Origin: a virus | Taxonomy: Duplodnaviria > Caudoviricetes | Virus record (IMG/VR): IMGVR_UViG_2974673715_000001 | Location: 96,001-160,000 of that record | DNA: 64,000 nt | Reading direction: 5' to 3' (one strand) | In this document: positions 1 to 10,102 of the stretch, piece by piece | Layout: every line of letters begins with the position of its first letter | Numbering within the stretch: position 1 is the first letter of the stretch | Program-made: the position numbers and the translations under genes | The notes under the pieces: model-generated | Databases searched by the model: none | Told to the model about the DNA's origin: nothing | The model's input: only the letters and a program-made list of their open reading frames with translations

Positions 1-3000
1 ACCGCTACAGTTAACGCTACTAAGTTTACTGTTGATGCCTATGGTAGATTGACAAGTGCAACAAATGTGCCTATCGCTACTGCTGCAGAAGGTAGTAAGT
101 ATGCTAGCTATAATGCAGGTACTACTTACGTTAGATATGACATCATTGCTAACGCATCAAAAGTTTACCAAGCCATCACTGGCATTGCTGCAGGTGCAGG
201 TGCACCTACTCATAGTAGCGGTGACTCTGGCGGGTGGAGATATCTCGCTGCCGAAGCAACAGAGCAGAAGGGATTGGCTAGTTTTGCACAAGAAGATTTC
301 GACGTTGACGCGAACGGGCACGTCACGATCGCCACCGCAGGAGTAGATAATACACAACTACAAAATAATAAACTTATTTTCACAGATGGAAATGCTGTTG
401 AAAATTTTGAATTAGATAACGAACTTACAACTTCTACCGCCAACACTGGTTTTAATAAATTAAACTTTATTAAAATCAATAATACTTCTGGCGGTTTATT
501 ATTTGGTGCTAATAATACTGGTGATAGTGGTGCAGGTGAGATCGATGTAAACGTACGTTCTTACTTTAGCGATCCTGATATCACTTTAGATGGTTCAGTT
601 GCACAAACTCTAAACAAAACTGGTGATGGTAATCTTACTTTCACAACTACTCAAAACTCATCATCTGCAAGATCTTTAACAGTTTCAGCATCAAACTCTG
701 GTTCTGGAACTAGCACAGTTACAATTACTGCAGAAGATGTTGTTGATATTGATGCCTCAGATTCAAACGGAAAAGTTCATGTCGAAGATTCTAGATTCCA
801 AGATAACTACATTGCTACGTCTAATGCCACTATGCACCTTGATCCTGGTGATGATCGTGCTACTAGTGGGTTAGTTCGTGTTCATGGAGATTTACAGGTA
901 GATGGTACGACTACGACAATTAATTCAACAGTTACAACAATTGATGATCCCATTATTACTCTTGGTGGCGATACTGCTCCAGGTAGTGATGACAATAAAG
1001 ATCGTGGAGTTGAATTCAGATACTACGACAATCAAGCAAGAATTGGATTCTTTGGTTACGATGATTCTTACACCGACCTCGGAGGACACGTCGGAGGATT
1101 TACATTTTTACACAACGCCACAAATACTTCAGAGGTCTTTAGTGGAACTGCGTCAGGTATAACTGCAGGTAATTTAAAACTTACAACAAATACTAACTCA
1201 ACATCTAATACTACAGGAGACTTAGTAGTTGCAGGTGGTGTTGGTATTGGAGATGATGTTAATATTGGTGGATTACTAGATGTAGATGGCACATTCCGTG
1301 CTAATAGCACATCTAGATTTGATGATAATATTGTATTCCAAGGTGCTTCTAAGACATTATCATTGAATAATGGTAGTGGAACGACTAAAATACAACTCCA
1401 CACTACTACAGGTAATGTAGAAATTGGTGGTATTTTAACAAATACTGGTGCTATTGATGCAAACAGCACTTTGAATGTCGCAGGTATTGTTCGTTTTGAA
1501 GATACAGATGAACCAACTGTTGCACAGAATGGTGGAACTGGTCTTTATGAAATTCAATCAAATGATTATGGTGCATTTAGATTTGATGGTGGTGGATATG
1601 TTGAAGGTGATACAGTATTCAACAGCGATGTTTTTATTAACGGTGTTCTAAACCAAAGAGATAGTGCTACAGAATCATTCGGTAATAGAAACTATCTAAA
1701 CATCAGATATAAATTACGTTCTGGTTCAAGTGCAGCGTATACTCCTTCATATGCATCTGATAATACCTCTAACTTGAGAATCTTTGGTGGTGCAGGTATT
1801 CAAACTGATCTCCATATTGGTGATGATCTTTATATTGGTAAACTAAACTCTGGTGACAGTGTTTCATTCCAAGTATTAGGAGAGTCAGGTAATACAACTA
1901 CTCAAGGAACATTAACTGTTGAAGGTCAAGCAACTATTAATGACTCTCTAATTGTTAATGCTTCTAACGAAAACTTTAAGATTCAAAATGGATCTGCTGC
2001 AGATAAATTTACAGTTGATACTGATAATGGTAATACTGTAATTCAAGGATCATTGAATGTTAACGGTGTTACTGATATTGATGCTGATTTTGCAGTTAGA
2101 AACGGAACGACTGATAAATTCTTTGTCGATAACGTAACTGGTAATACTAATATTGAAGGTACGTTGACTGCTGATGGTCATACTGAATTAAATTCAACAC
2201 TTAATGTTGATAATAATACAACACTTGGTTCACAACTTACAGTAACTGGTAACTCAGAGTTCAACGGAACTGTAGATGTTGATGCAAACTTTGCAGTCAG
2301 ATCAGGAACTACTGATAAGATGACTGTTGCATCTTCTACAGGTAACATAGCAACTGATGGAACACTAACAGTTCAAGGTGAAACACAGATCATTGACTCT
2401 CTTATTATCAATGCATCTAACGAAGAGTTTGCAGTTCAGAATGGTTCTGGAGTTGATAAATTTACTGTAGATACTGATAACGGTAATACAAATATTATCG
2501 GAACATTAACAGTTGCTGATGCTACTCAAATTAATAATACTCTTGGTGTTTCTAACGTTGTAACCTTAACAAGAAACACTCAGCAAACTCTGACTGGATC
2601 TTATTCTGCTGATGGTGCATTCAAACTAACTGGTGGTGCAGGTATCGGTAAAAACCTTGCTGTTGGTGAAGGTCTAAGAGTATATGGAGGCACTGAACTT
2701 ACTGGTGCTCTTGATCTTAATAATAGTGCTGATATATCTGGTGCTTTAGTAACTCATGATGATGTTACTATCACTGCAGATAATAAGATGTTCAAGGTGC
2801 AGAATGCTTCTGCAGCGAACAAGTTTACAGTCGATACCGATAATGGTAACACTGATATTCAAGGAACATTGGATGTTGCAGGTGATGTAACTGCATCATC
2901 TGACCTTACAGTCACAGGAAATCTTACAGTCAATGGAACAACAACTACTGTCAATTCTACGGTCACAACAATCGATGACCCTGTTATTACTGTTGGTGGT

Positions 3001-5919
3001 GATACAGCACCCGCGTCTAATGATGGAAAGGATCGTGGTATTGAATTTCGTTATTATGATGGTTCTGCTAAAATCGGTTTCTTCGGTTTTGATAGATCAT
3101 CCTCCCAATTCCAATTCTTAACAAGTGCAACAAATACTTCTGAAGTTCTCTCAGGAACAGATGGTGCTCTAAGAGCAGGTAGTTTAAATCTTACTGGTGC
3201 GGGCACATCTCTTGATGTTGATGCTAATGCAAACATTGATGGCACACTGACTGTAGATGGTCAGATTATTTCACAAGTATCTTCAGGTCCTGCTCTTGTT
3301 ATCCCAACAACAGATAAGATTAATAATCTTAACGCAGACTTACTAGATGGTGCTACAACCGCAACTGCTGCAACTGCATCCACAGTTGTTCTTCGTGATT
3401 CATCTGGTGATTTTGCTGCCAATCAAATCACTGCTGCTAGTGCTGCAGGATCTGGTGCAGGTTTCTTAGGAAACGCATCCACTGCTGACGCATGGAAGAC
3501 TGCTAGAACACTCACCATTAGCGGTGTTGTATCTGGTTCTGTAGTCATCGATGGAAGTGAAAATGAAACACTTACAACAACTTATGTTGATGCAGACATC
3601 ACTGCTCTAGCAGCGATGAGTGGAACTGGTTATGTCGTACGAACTGCTGCTAACACTTATGCCCAAAGAACTCTCCAAGTCACCGCATCGTCTGGAATCA
3701 CTCTTACTAACGCTGATGGCGTTTCTGGTAATACTACAATTAACGTTGCTAGTGCATCTTCTAATTCTGCAAACAACCTCGTCCTAAGAGACGGATCTGG
3801 TAACTTTGCTGCAGGAACTATCACTGCTGCCTTAACTGGTAATGTCACAGGTAATGTAACTGGTAACGTTACTGGTCAGGTATCTGATATCTCAAACCAT
3901 GATACTGGTGATCTTACTGAGGGATCTAACCTCTACTACACTAATGAAAGAGTTGACGATAGAGTCAATGCTCTTATTACTGCAGGAACTGGTATTACTA
4001 AGGTTTACGATGACGCTGCAAATACATATACACTGACTGTAACTCAGTCAGATATCAATACTGATAATGTAACTGAAGGATCAACAAATCTATTCACAAC
4101 TGCTGCTAGAACTAGAACTCATTTCACATATGGAACTGGTATCACACATAGTTCTGGAACTTTATCAGTTACTCAGTCTGATATTAATACTGACAACGTA
4201 ACTGAAGGATCAACTAACCTCTTTACTACTGCTGCTAGAACAAGAACACACTTTACATACGGAACTGGTATTACACACAGTTCTGGAACTTTATCAGTTA
4301 CACAATCAGATATCAACACTGATAATATTACTGAAGGTTCTACAAACCTATTCATTACTAATGAACGTGTTGATGATAGAGTCAACGCCTTAACTGTTGC
4401 AGGAACTGGTGTAAGTAAGACATATGATGACGCTGCAGGAACTCTAACTTTAGCAGTTGACTTTAGTGAGTTTAATACTGGCAATATTACAGAGGGTTCT
4501 AACCTTTACTTTACAAACACTCGTGCTGATGCAAGGGCAGACTTGAAAGTTGCTGCTGCAACTGGTTCAAACCTTGATCTTTCTTCTAAGTCTACTTCCG
4601 ATCTTTCTGAAGGAACTAATCAATACTATACAGAAACAAGAGTTCAAGCAAAACTTGACAATGCTTATGAGCAACTAAGAGCAATGTTAACTAACCTTGC
4701 AACTAGCACCACTCTAAATCTTAACTTGTCTGGTGATCCTACACCTGGCGCAGTCGTTACCACTGGTGTTAGTGTTGGTGGTGGCGGTGGATTTACTGCA
4801 GGAACTGCGGTTGCTACATCTGGTTCAGCAACTGGATCTGGATTGACTGTTGATACTACGGTTGATAGTGATGGAAACATCACTGCTGCTGCGGTAAATG
4901 CAGGTGGTTCTGGATATCTAATTACTGATACTGTCACAGTCACTAACCCCAACGCAGGTAAGATTCTTACATTGAACTTGGCAACATTATCAGGTGGAAC
5001 AGGTTATTCATCTGCTACTGGAGTTGCAGTCACTGGGGGTGACGGTTCTTCTGCGACTGTTGACATTACTGCATCTGCAGGTGCTATCACTAACGTAACA
5101 GTTAATAACGGTGGAACAGGATTCGCTGCGGGTAATACTATAACTATTGCTAATGCTAATGCTACTGGAGTTAAGACTCTTGGATCTATTAGTGCTGCAG
5201 GATCTGGATATTCAACAGGAACTGCCATTGCAACATCAGCGTCCGCATCTGGATCTGGAGCAACATTAAATATCACTTCTGTCAATGCTAGTGGTGGTAT
5301 CACTGGTGTTGCAATCAACGATGATGGATCTGGTTACGCTGCATCTGAAGTCTTGACAATTACTAATGCTAACGCATCTGGTATCGCAACAGTAGGAAAC
5401 ATTGGTGCTGCTGATGCATCAAGAACTGCAGGAACCTATAACTTAGGCACATCTGATTATGGAACTGAAGCATCTGGTGCCAACGCAACATTCACTGTTG
5501 TTGTTGATTCAAATGGTGCTGCTTCTATCACCGTAACAGATGATGGTAGCGGATTTATCGCCAATGAAACTATCACAGTTGCTGATGCTCAACTTGGTGG
5601 TGGCGGTGGTGCTGCTCTTACATTCGATGTAACAGCAATCCATGGTAGCACTGCTACAGTTCCAGTATCTGCGATTCATGGAAACGGTGCAACAGTTAAT
5701 GTCGCTACCGTTGCAACAAATGCAACTCTAACTCTAACTGACATCACAACGATGGAAGTTGGAGCAACAGTTACAGGTGCTACTTCTGGCACCACAGGTG
5801 TTATCACTGCTCTGGGAACTAACCAGATCACTGTCAATACCGTTGACGGATTCTTCAAGAAAGGAGAAGTCGTCAGTGCTAATGATGTTACTACACTTAC
5901 TATCTCCTCATTCAGTTAA
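1..5919 (+). CDS. Giant tail fibre / virion fibre protein (5'-truncated)
   Basis: Frame +1 is open from base 1, so the true start lies upstream of the window. The protein is G/T/S/N/A-rich with many internal repeats (KFTVDTDNGNT, TEGSNLY) and lies directly upstream of g13. Confidence 0.8.
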   Translation, partial: TATVNATKFTVDAYGRLTSATNVPIATAAEGSKYASYNAGTTYVRYDIIANASKVYQAITGIAAGAGAPTHSSGDSGGWRYLAAEATEQKGLASFAQEDFDVDANGHVTIATAGVDNTQLQNNKLIFTDGNAVENFELDNELTTSTANTGFNKLNFIKINNTSGGLLFGANNTGDSGAGEIDVNVRSYFSDPDITLDGSVAQTLNKTGDGNLTFTTTQNSSSARSLTVSASNSGSGTSTVTITAEDVVDIDASDSNGKVHVEDSRFQDNYIATSNATMHLDPGDDRATSGLVRVHGDLQVDGTTTTINSTVTTIDDPIITLGGDTAPGSDDNKDRGVEFRYYDNQARIGFFGYDDSYTDLGGHVGGFTFLHNATNTSEVFSGTASGITAGNLKLTTNTNSTSNTTGDLVVAGGVGIGDDVNIGGLLDVDGTFRANSTSRFDDNIVFQGASKTLSLNNGSGTTKIQLHTTTGNVEIGGILTNTGAIDANSTLNVAGIVRFEDTDEPTVAQNGGTGLYEIQSNDYGAFRFDGGGYVEGDTVFNSDVFINGVLNQRDSATESFGNRNYLNIRYKLRSGSSAAYTPSYASDNTSNLRIFGGAGIQTDLHIGDDLYIGKLNSGDSVSFQVLGESGNTTTQGTLTVEGQATINDSLIVNASNENFKIQNGSAADKFTVDTDNGNTVIQGSLNVNGVTDIDADFAVRNGTTDKFFVDNVTGNTNIEGTLTADGHTELNSTLNVDNNTTLGSQLTVTGNSEFNGTVDVDANFAVRSGTTDKMTVASSTGNIATDGTLTVQGETQIIDSLIINASNEEFAVQNGSGVDKFTVDTDNGNTNIIGTLTVADATQINNTLGVSNVVTLTRNTQQTLTGSYSADGAFKLTGGAGIGKNLAVGEGLRVYGGTELTGALDLNNSADISGALVTHDDVTITADNKMFKVQNASAANKFTVDTDNGNTDIQGTLDVAGDVTASSDLTVTGNLTVNGTTTTVNSTVTTIDDPVITVGGDTAPASNDGKDRGIEFRYYDGSAKIGFFGFDRSSSQFQFLTSATNTSEVLSGTDGALRAGSLNLTGAGTSLDVDANANIDGTLTVDGQIISQVSSGPALVIPTTDKINNLNADLLDGATTATAATASTVVLRDSSGDFAANQITAASAAGSGAGFLGNASTADAWKTARTLTISGVVSGSVVIDGSENETLTTTYVDADITALAAMSGTGYVVRTAANTYAQRTLQVTASSGITLTNADGVSGNTTINVASASSNSANNLVLRDGSGNFAAGTITAALTGNVTGNVTGNVTGQVSDISNHDTGDLTEGSNLYYTNERVDDRVNALITAGTGITKVYDDAANTYTLTVTQSDINTDNVTEGSTNLFTTAARTRTHFTYGTGITHSSGTLSVTQSDINTDNVTEGSTNLFTTAARTRTHFTYGTGITHSSGTLSVTQSDINTDNITEGSTNLFITNERVDDRVNALTVAGTGVSKTYDDAAGTLTLAVDFSEFNTGNITEGSNLYFTNTRADARADLKVAAATGSNLDLSSKSTSDLSEGTNQYYTETRVQAKLDNAYEQLRAMLTNLATSTTLNLNLSGDPTPGAVVTTGVSVGGGGGFTAGTAVATSGSATGSGLTVDTTVDSDGNITAAAVNAGGSGYLITDTVTVTNPNAGKILTLNLATLSGGTGYSSATGVAVTGGDGSSATVDITASAGAITNVTVNNGGTGFAAGNTITIANANATGVKTLGSISAAGSGYSTGTAIATSASASGSGATLNITSVNASGGITGVAINDDGSGYAASEVLTITNANASGIATVGNIGAADASRTAGTYNLGTSDYGTEASGANATFTVVVDSNGAASITVTDDGSGFIANETITVADAQLGGGGGAALTFDVTAIHGSTATVPVSAIHGNGATVNVATVATNATLTLTDITTMEVGATVTGATSGTTGVITALGTNQITVNTVDGFFKKGEVVSANDVTTLTISSFS
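4039..4353 (+). repeat. 129-bp (43-aa) tandem coding repeat, about 2.4 copies
   Basis: VTQSDINTDNVTEGSTNLFTTAARTRTHFTYGTGITHSSGTLS starts at 4039 and 4168, with a partial copy at 4297. Confidence 0.95.
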
Positions 5920-5925
5920 TAAGTT

Positions 5926-6732
5926 ATGTCTGCCACTAGACCCGTAAATAAAACTGAACTACGAGACTATGCTCTCCGTCGTTTAGGATTTCCTACTATA
6001 GACATCAACGTTGCTACTGAGCAATTAGATGATTTGATAGAAGAAGCGATTGATTTCTATCAAGAGTTTCACTATGAAGGTAGTTACAAATCCTTCATGT
6101 TTATTGAAGTTACAGATGCTATTAAAACAGCAGCAAAAAGTTCAACTCAACAAGGATCTACCAATTGGTATGAGAACAATAACTATGTTTCATTACCACC
6201 TAACATCTTAGGAGTCAATCAGGTATATACACAGATTGGTGCTTCTAGTATTGTGCCTGGTAACATGTTCAATATTAAGTATCAAATCTTTTTAAATGAT
6301 ATATACGCTATGACCCATGGTCATATTCTTCATTACTTTATGACATCTCAATATCTTGAGACACTTGATTTTGTAACAAACTCTAGTAGGAGTAGAAGAG
6401 TAAGATATAACGAGAAACAAGGTAGATTGTATCTCGATATGGATTGGGATTCATTGGGAACAGGAGACAAAATTTTAGTCGAAGTTCTCGTACGTCAAGA
6501 TCCAGAAACTTATACAGCGATGTATAATGACAACTGGTTAAAAGATTATGTTGAAGCATTATTTCAACAACAATGGGGAAGAAACCTAAGTAAGTATGAT
6601 GGCATTCAAATGTTAGGTGGCGTCACACTTAATGGTCGTCAAATTCTTGAGGACGCAAGTCAATTCAAGAAAGACCTTGAAGATAAAATTCGTGATACAT
6701 ATGAACTTCCTCCTTTAGACTTAGTGGGGTAA
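5926..6732 (+). CDS. g13: Neck protein gp13
   Basis: YALRRLGFPTIDINV and QQWGRNLSKYDGIQMLGGVTLNG motifs; T4 synteny. Confidence 0.93.
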   Translation: MSATRPVNKTELRDYALRRLGFPTIDINVATEQLDDLIEEAIDFYQEFHYEGSYKSFMFIEVTDAIKTAAKSSTQQGSTNWYENNNYVSLPPNILGVNQVYTQIGASSIVPGNMFNIKYQIFLNDIYAMTHGHILHYFMTSQYLETLDFVTNSSRSRRVRYNEKQGRLYLDMDWDSLGTGDKILVEVLVRQDPETYTAMYNDNWLKDYVEALFQQQWGRNLSKYDGIQMLGGVTLNGRQILEDASQFKKDLEDKIRDTYELPPLDLVG

Positions 6733-6738
6733 TCTCTA

Positions 6739-7671
6739 ATGGTATTTCGCAACTCTCCTGCACAAGATTATGTTCAATCGGATTATTCTAACGCAGGACG
6801 CTTCAAAGCAAATGGTTCTGCACAGGAACAAAAATTTATTGAAAATCTAGTAGTTGAAAGCATTGAAATCTATGGGCAAGATATTTACTACGTTCCGAGA
6901 ACGATTGTCAACAAAGATACGGTCTTTGGAGAGGACTCGGATTCGCAATTCGATACTGCGAAACCGATTAGAGCATATGTCAATAATGCTGAAGGATGGG
7001 AAGGACAAGGTGAGTTACTTAGCAAATTTGGAGTCCGTATCGAAGACAAGACAACTTTTATATTCTCCCGTGAGAAATTTAAAGAGCATGTGGACGATAG
7101 TGTCACGCTTAACGTCGAAGGGAGACCAAACGAAGGGGACTTAATCTGGTTTCCAACAACAAAGCATTTATTTGAAATACAATTCGTAGAAGCAGAAAAA
7201 CCATTTTATCAATTAGGAAAAGGATATGTTTGGGAATGTCAGTGTGAACTCTTTGAATACAGTGACGAAGATCTTGACACAGGAATCGCAGAGATCGATG
7301 CAATCGAAGCTGCCTTTGCTAATGCTATTACAGTTAACTTTGCTACTGGAGGGTCTAGCGATTTCACAGTTGGTGAAATTGTTGCAGGAGGTACATCTAA
7401 CGTGACTGCTGAAGTTAAAGCATGGGATTCTACAACTAGACAGTTACAGGTCTTTAATCGTTCAGGTGTCTTTACGATACCTGAAACGGTTACAGGACAG
7501 ACCTCAGGTGCTGCTTGGACAACTGCATCATACAACACACTAAATAATGTTAATACCGCTAACTCTATTGATCAAAACAACGATTTTGAAACTTTGGATA
7601 ACGATATTATTGACTTTACCGAAACTAATCCATTCGGTTCAATTGGTTCCGTTACTGACACTACAATCTAA
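6739..7671 (+). CDS. g14: Neck protein gp14
   Basis: ESIEIYGQDIYYVPR, RPNEGDLIWFP and DFTETNPFG motifs. Confidence 0.93.
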   Translation: MVFRNSPAQDYVQSDYSNAGRFKANGSAQEQKFIENLVVESIEIYGQDIYYVPRTIVNKDTVFGEDSDSQFDTAKPIRAYVNNAEGWEGQGELLSKFGVRIEDKTTFIFSREKFKEHVDDSVTLNVEGRPNEGDLIWFPTTKHLFEIQFVEAEKPFYQLGKGYVWECQCELFEYSDEDLDTGIAEIDAIEAAFANAITVNFATGGSSDFTVGEIVAGGTSNVTAEVKAWDSTTRQLQVFNRSGVFTIPETVTGQTSGAAWTTASYNTLNNVNTANSIDQNNDFETLDNDIIDFTETNPFGSIGSVTDTTI

Positions 7672-8456
7672 TGTTAGGCACTTATTCATATCACGAAATT
7701 TTTAGGAAGACTATCGTTGCTTTTGGAACGTTATTCAATAATATTGAATTACGTCGTAATGATGAAGTTATGAAAGTACCTTTAGCGTACGGTCCTAAAC
7801 AAAAATTCTTAGCAAGGTTAGATCAAGTTCCTGATCCAACCAACAAAAGAGTTCAACTTACTCTACCCAGAATCTCTTTTGAAATTAACGGGGTATCATA
7901 TGATAGTGCAAGAAAACTTGCACCCACACAAAAGATCAAGATGGCAAGCAGTTCTACTACAAATAAGAACGTGTTTATGCCTGTTCCTTATAATCTTGGT
8001 TTTGAACTAGCAATCATCTCTAAAAATCAAGAAGATGGTTTACAAATTTTAGAACAGATTCTACCAATATTCCAACCTCATTTCAATATGGCAGTAAAAC
8101 TATTGCCTGAGATGACTGAGATTAGAGACATTCCCGTAGTCCTCAATGACGTCGAATATGAAGATGACTATGAGGGTAACTTTACTACAAGAAGAGCGAT
8201 CATTTATACCTTACAATTTACTGCAAAAACTTATCTATACGGTCCTGTATCAGAACCAAAAGTTATCAAAAAGGCAATTACAGATTACTATACAGATACC
8301 AATACTACATCTGCACCAAGAGAAGTAAGGTATACTGTTGTTCCTAATCCTCTCACAGCAGATGCTGATGATGATTTCGGATTCGGAGAGACTACTGCAG
8401 TCTTTACAGATAACAAGAAACGTAATCCTACTAGTGGTGCTGACGAGGCAATTTAA
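7671..8456 (+). CDS. g15: Tail sheath stabiliser / tail terminator gp15
   Basis: AFGTLFNNI, KVPLAYGPKQKFLARL and LPRISFE motifs. Confidence 0.93.
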   Translation: MLGTYSYHEIFRKTIVAFGTLFNNIELRRNDEVMKVPLAYGPKQKFLARLDQVPDPTNKRVQLTLPRISFEINGVSYDSARKLAPTQKIKMASSSTTNKNVFMPVPYNLGFELAIISKNQEDGLQILEQILPIFQPHFNMAVKLLPEMTEIRDIPVVLNDVEYEDDYEGNFTTRRAIIYTLQFTAKTYLYGPVSEPKVIKKAITDYYTDTNTTSAPREVRYTVVPNPLTADADDDFGFGETTAVFTDNKKRNPTSGADEAI

Positions 8457-8458
8457 TC

Positions 8459-8890
8459 ATGTCAAATCCTTTCGATGGTCTCAACGATGCTTTTGGAACT
8501 GAACCTACAGAACTTCAAAAGCATGTTGAAAAAGTAAAACCTACTCTGAAAAAAACAGAGACTGAAGATGTGAAGCAAGACTACGAGTTATCTCGTGCTG
8601 CTTTACATAGTTTAGTGATGAAAGGACAAGAAGCAGTGGATGGTATATTGGAAGTAGCACAAGCATCAGATCATCCTCGTGCGTATGAAGTTGCTGCAAC
8701 AACGATTAAGAACGTAGCAGATACTGCTGATAAACTAATTGATCTTCAGAAAAAGATGAAAGAGTTAGATGCTGAGGATAAAAAGAATGCACCTTCTACA
8801 GTAAACAATACTATGTTTGTTGGTAGCACTGCAGAGTTACAGAAAATGTTAAAGCAGCAAAAAGAGATAAATAAAAAGGACGAGAAATAA
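8459..8890 (+). CDS. g16: Terminase small subunit gp16
   Basis: DYELSR, SDHPRAYEV and NNTMFVGSTAEL motifs. Confidence 0.93.
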   Translation: MSNPFDGLNDAFGTEPTELQKHVEKVKPTLKKTETEDVKQDYELSRAALHSLVMKGQEAVDGILEVAQASDHPRAYEVAATTIKNVADTADKLIDLQKKMKELDAEDKKNAPSTVNNTMFVGSTAELQKMLKQQKEINKKDEK

Positions 8891-8901
8891 CAACACACGA
8901 C

Positions 8902-9438
8902 ATGTCAGTATTAAATGTTCTTAGCACTAATACAGTTGCAGCAGGTGCAACTGAATATCAAGTAATTCAAACAGGATATTACAGAGTTGGATCTACTGCA
9001 GGTGCAGCAACTGTATCACTTAATGGTGGTCCTGCAATCACACTTGTTCAGAATGAATTCATTCTTCTCAAAGGTGGAAAACCTGGTCAAGCAAGAATTG
9101 TAAAAGCAGTATCTGATTCTACTGGTGACTATATCCTAGGTCAGCATATTCATTCTACAGGTGATGCACATCCATTCTCATCTGGTGATTTTATCGCAGT
9201 TGAAGATGATAGCACATCTCCTGCTATTGATAGTAACTTCCTTTCTGCAGGAACTGCAGGTAAAAAGATTACTGCTGTCACAGGAAACACAATCGCTACT
9301 GATATTGATTCATCAGGTGCATCAGCAGATTACACTTTTGCCTTCTCAGGTCCTCAAGCAGTTGTTAAAAGATGCATTAAAATCGTTGCTGCTACAAGTG
9401 CAGTGATTATTGAAGAGATTCAAGTCGTTGGTGGTTAA
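8902..9438 (+). CDS. Hypothetical, probable virion structural protein
   Basis: Beta-rich A/T/G/S composition; late-type GATAAATA at 8866-8873 upstream. Confidence 0.6.
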   Translation: MSVLNVLSTNTVAAGATEYQVIQTGYYRVGSTAGAATVSLNGGPAITLVQNEFILLKGGKPGQARIVKAVSDSTGDYILGQHIHSTGDAHPFSSGDFIAVEDDSTSPAIDSNFLSAGTAGKKITAVTGNTIATDIDSSGASADYTFAFSGPQAVVKRCIKIVAATSAVIIEEIQVVGG

Positions 9439-9439
9439 G

Positions 9440-10102
9440 ATGCCCGCTGTAAATCAAGAGGCAGAGAGAATAGTTAAAGGGATGAAGAAGAATCGTCATC
9501 GCTTTAAGAAACTCTATGGAGATCGAGATAAAGAAGTTATGTACGCTACTGCTAATAAGTTAGCACAAAAAGAACAATTGAAAGTTATGTACTATCAAGA
9601 TTTCATTAAACTAGTCGAAGGTAATCCTACTACAAGGATGCTATCGAAAGCAAAGTCAAAGACTACTGGAAACATTTCTGCTGATCGTGGAACTGACGAA
9701 AAGAAGAATAGGGAAAGTAGAAAGTCTCTTGAAAAAGATCTTAAGAAGAAAGGTATAGGTTATAAAAAGGGTGTAGGGGAGTATAAATATTCCTCAGGTG
9801 AAGGAACAGGACGTGAGGTTTCATACCAAACTACTCCTGCAAAAGGAATGTCTAAGAGACGTTTCGGTAAAGTTATGCGTCGTCTAGGACGTAAGCATGG
9901 TCAAGAATCAGTTATCACTAAGAAGGCAGGTAAACCTGCTAGACTACATGATACTGAGTCTAAAAAACCATCTAAGTCTATGAACTTAGGTAAGGCAAAA
10001 CCAGGTAAAAATCCTGGTGGTTTCGGAGAAACTTCTGGTACTAAAGTCAGAAAAGGTAAACTAGGTAAAACTAACAAACCCGCGATGCACTATGGCAACT
10101 AA
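9440..10102 (+). CDS. Lys-rich hypothetical protein, candidate internal head protein
   Basis: ATG at 9440 directly follows the previous stop. Highly basic, with an internal YQDFIKLVE segment resembling a capsid-targeting sequence. Confidence 0.65.
   Translation: MPAVNQEAERIVKGMKKNRHRFKKLYGDRDKEVMYATANKLAQKEQLKVMYYQDFIKLVEGNPTTRMLSKAKSKTTGNISADRGTDEKKNRESRKSLEKDLKKKGIGYKKGVGEYKYSSGEGTGREVSYQTTPAKGMSKRRFGKVMRRLGRKHGQESVITKKAGKPARLHDTESKKPSKSMNLGKAKPGKNPGGFGETSGTKVRKGKLGKTNKPAMHYGN

Noticed and set aside
3900-4640. Repeats as a CRISPR array or DGR template/variable pair
   Set aside because: They are in-frame protein repeats with synonymous differences. There are no spacers, no adenine-specific variation and no reverse transcriptase in the window.
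157-5858. Many minus-strand and alternate-frame ORFs within the fibre gene
   Set aside because: Shadow ORFs from codon bias; no RBS or recognisable motifs.
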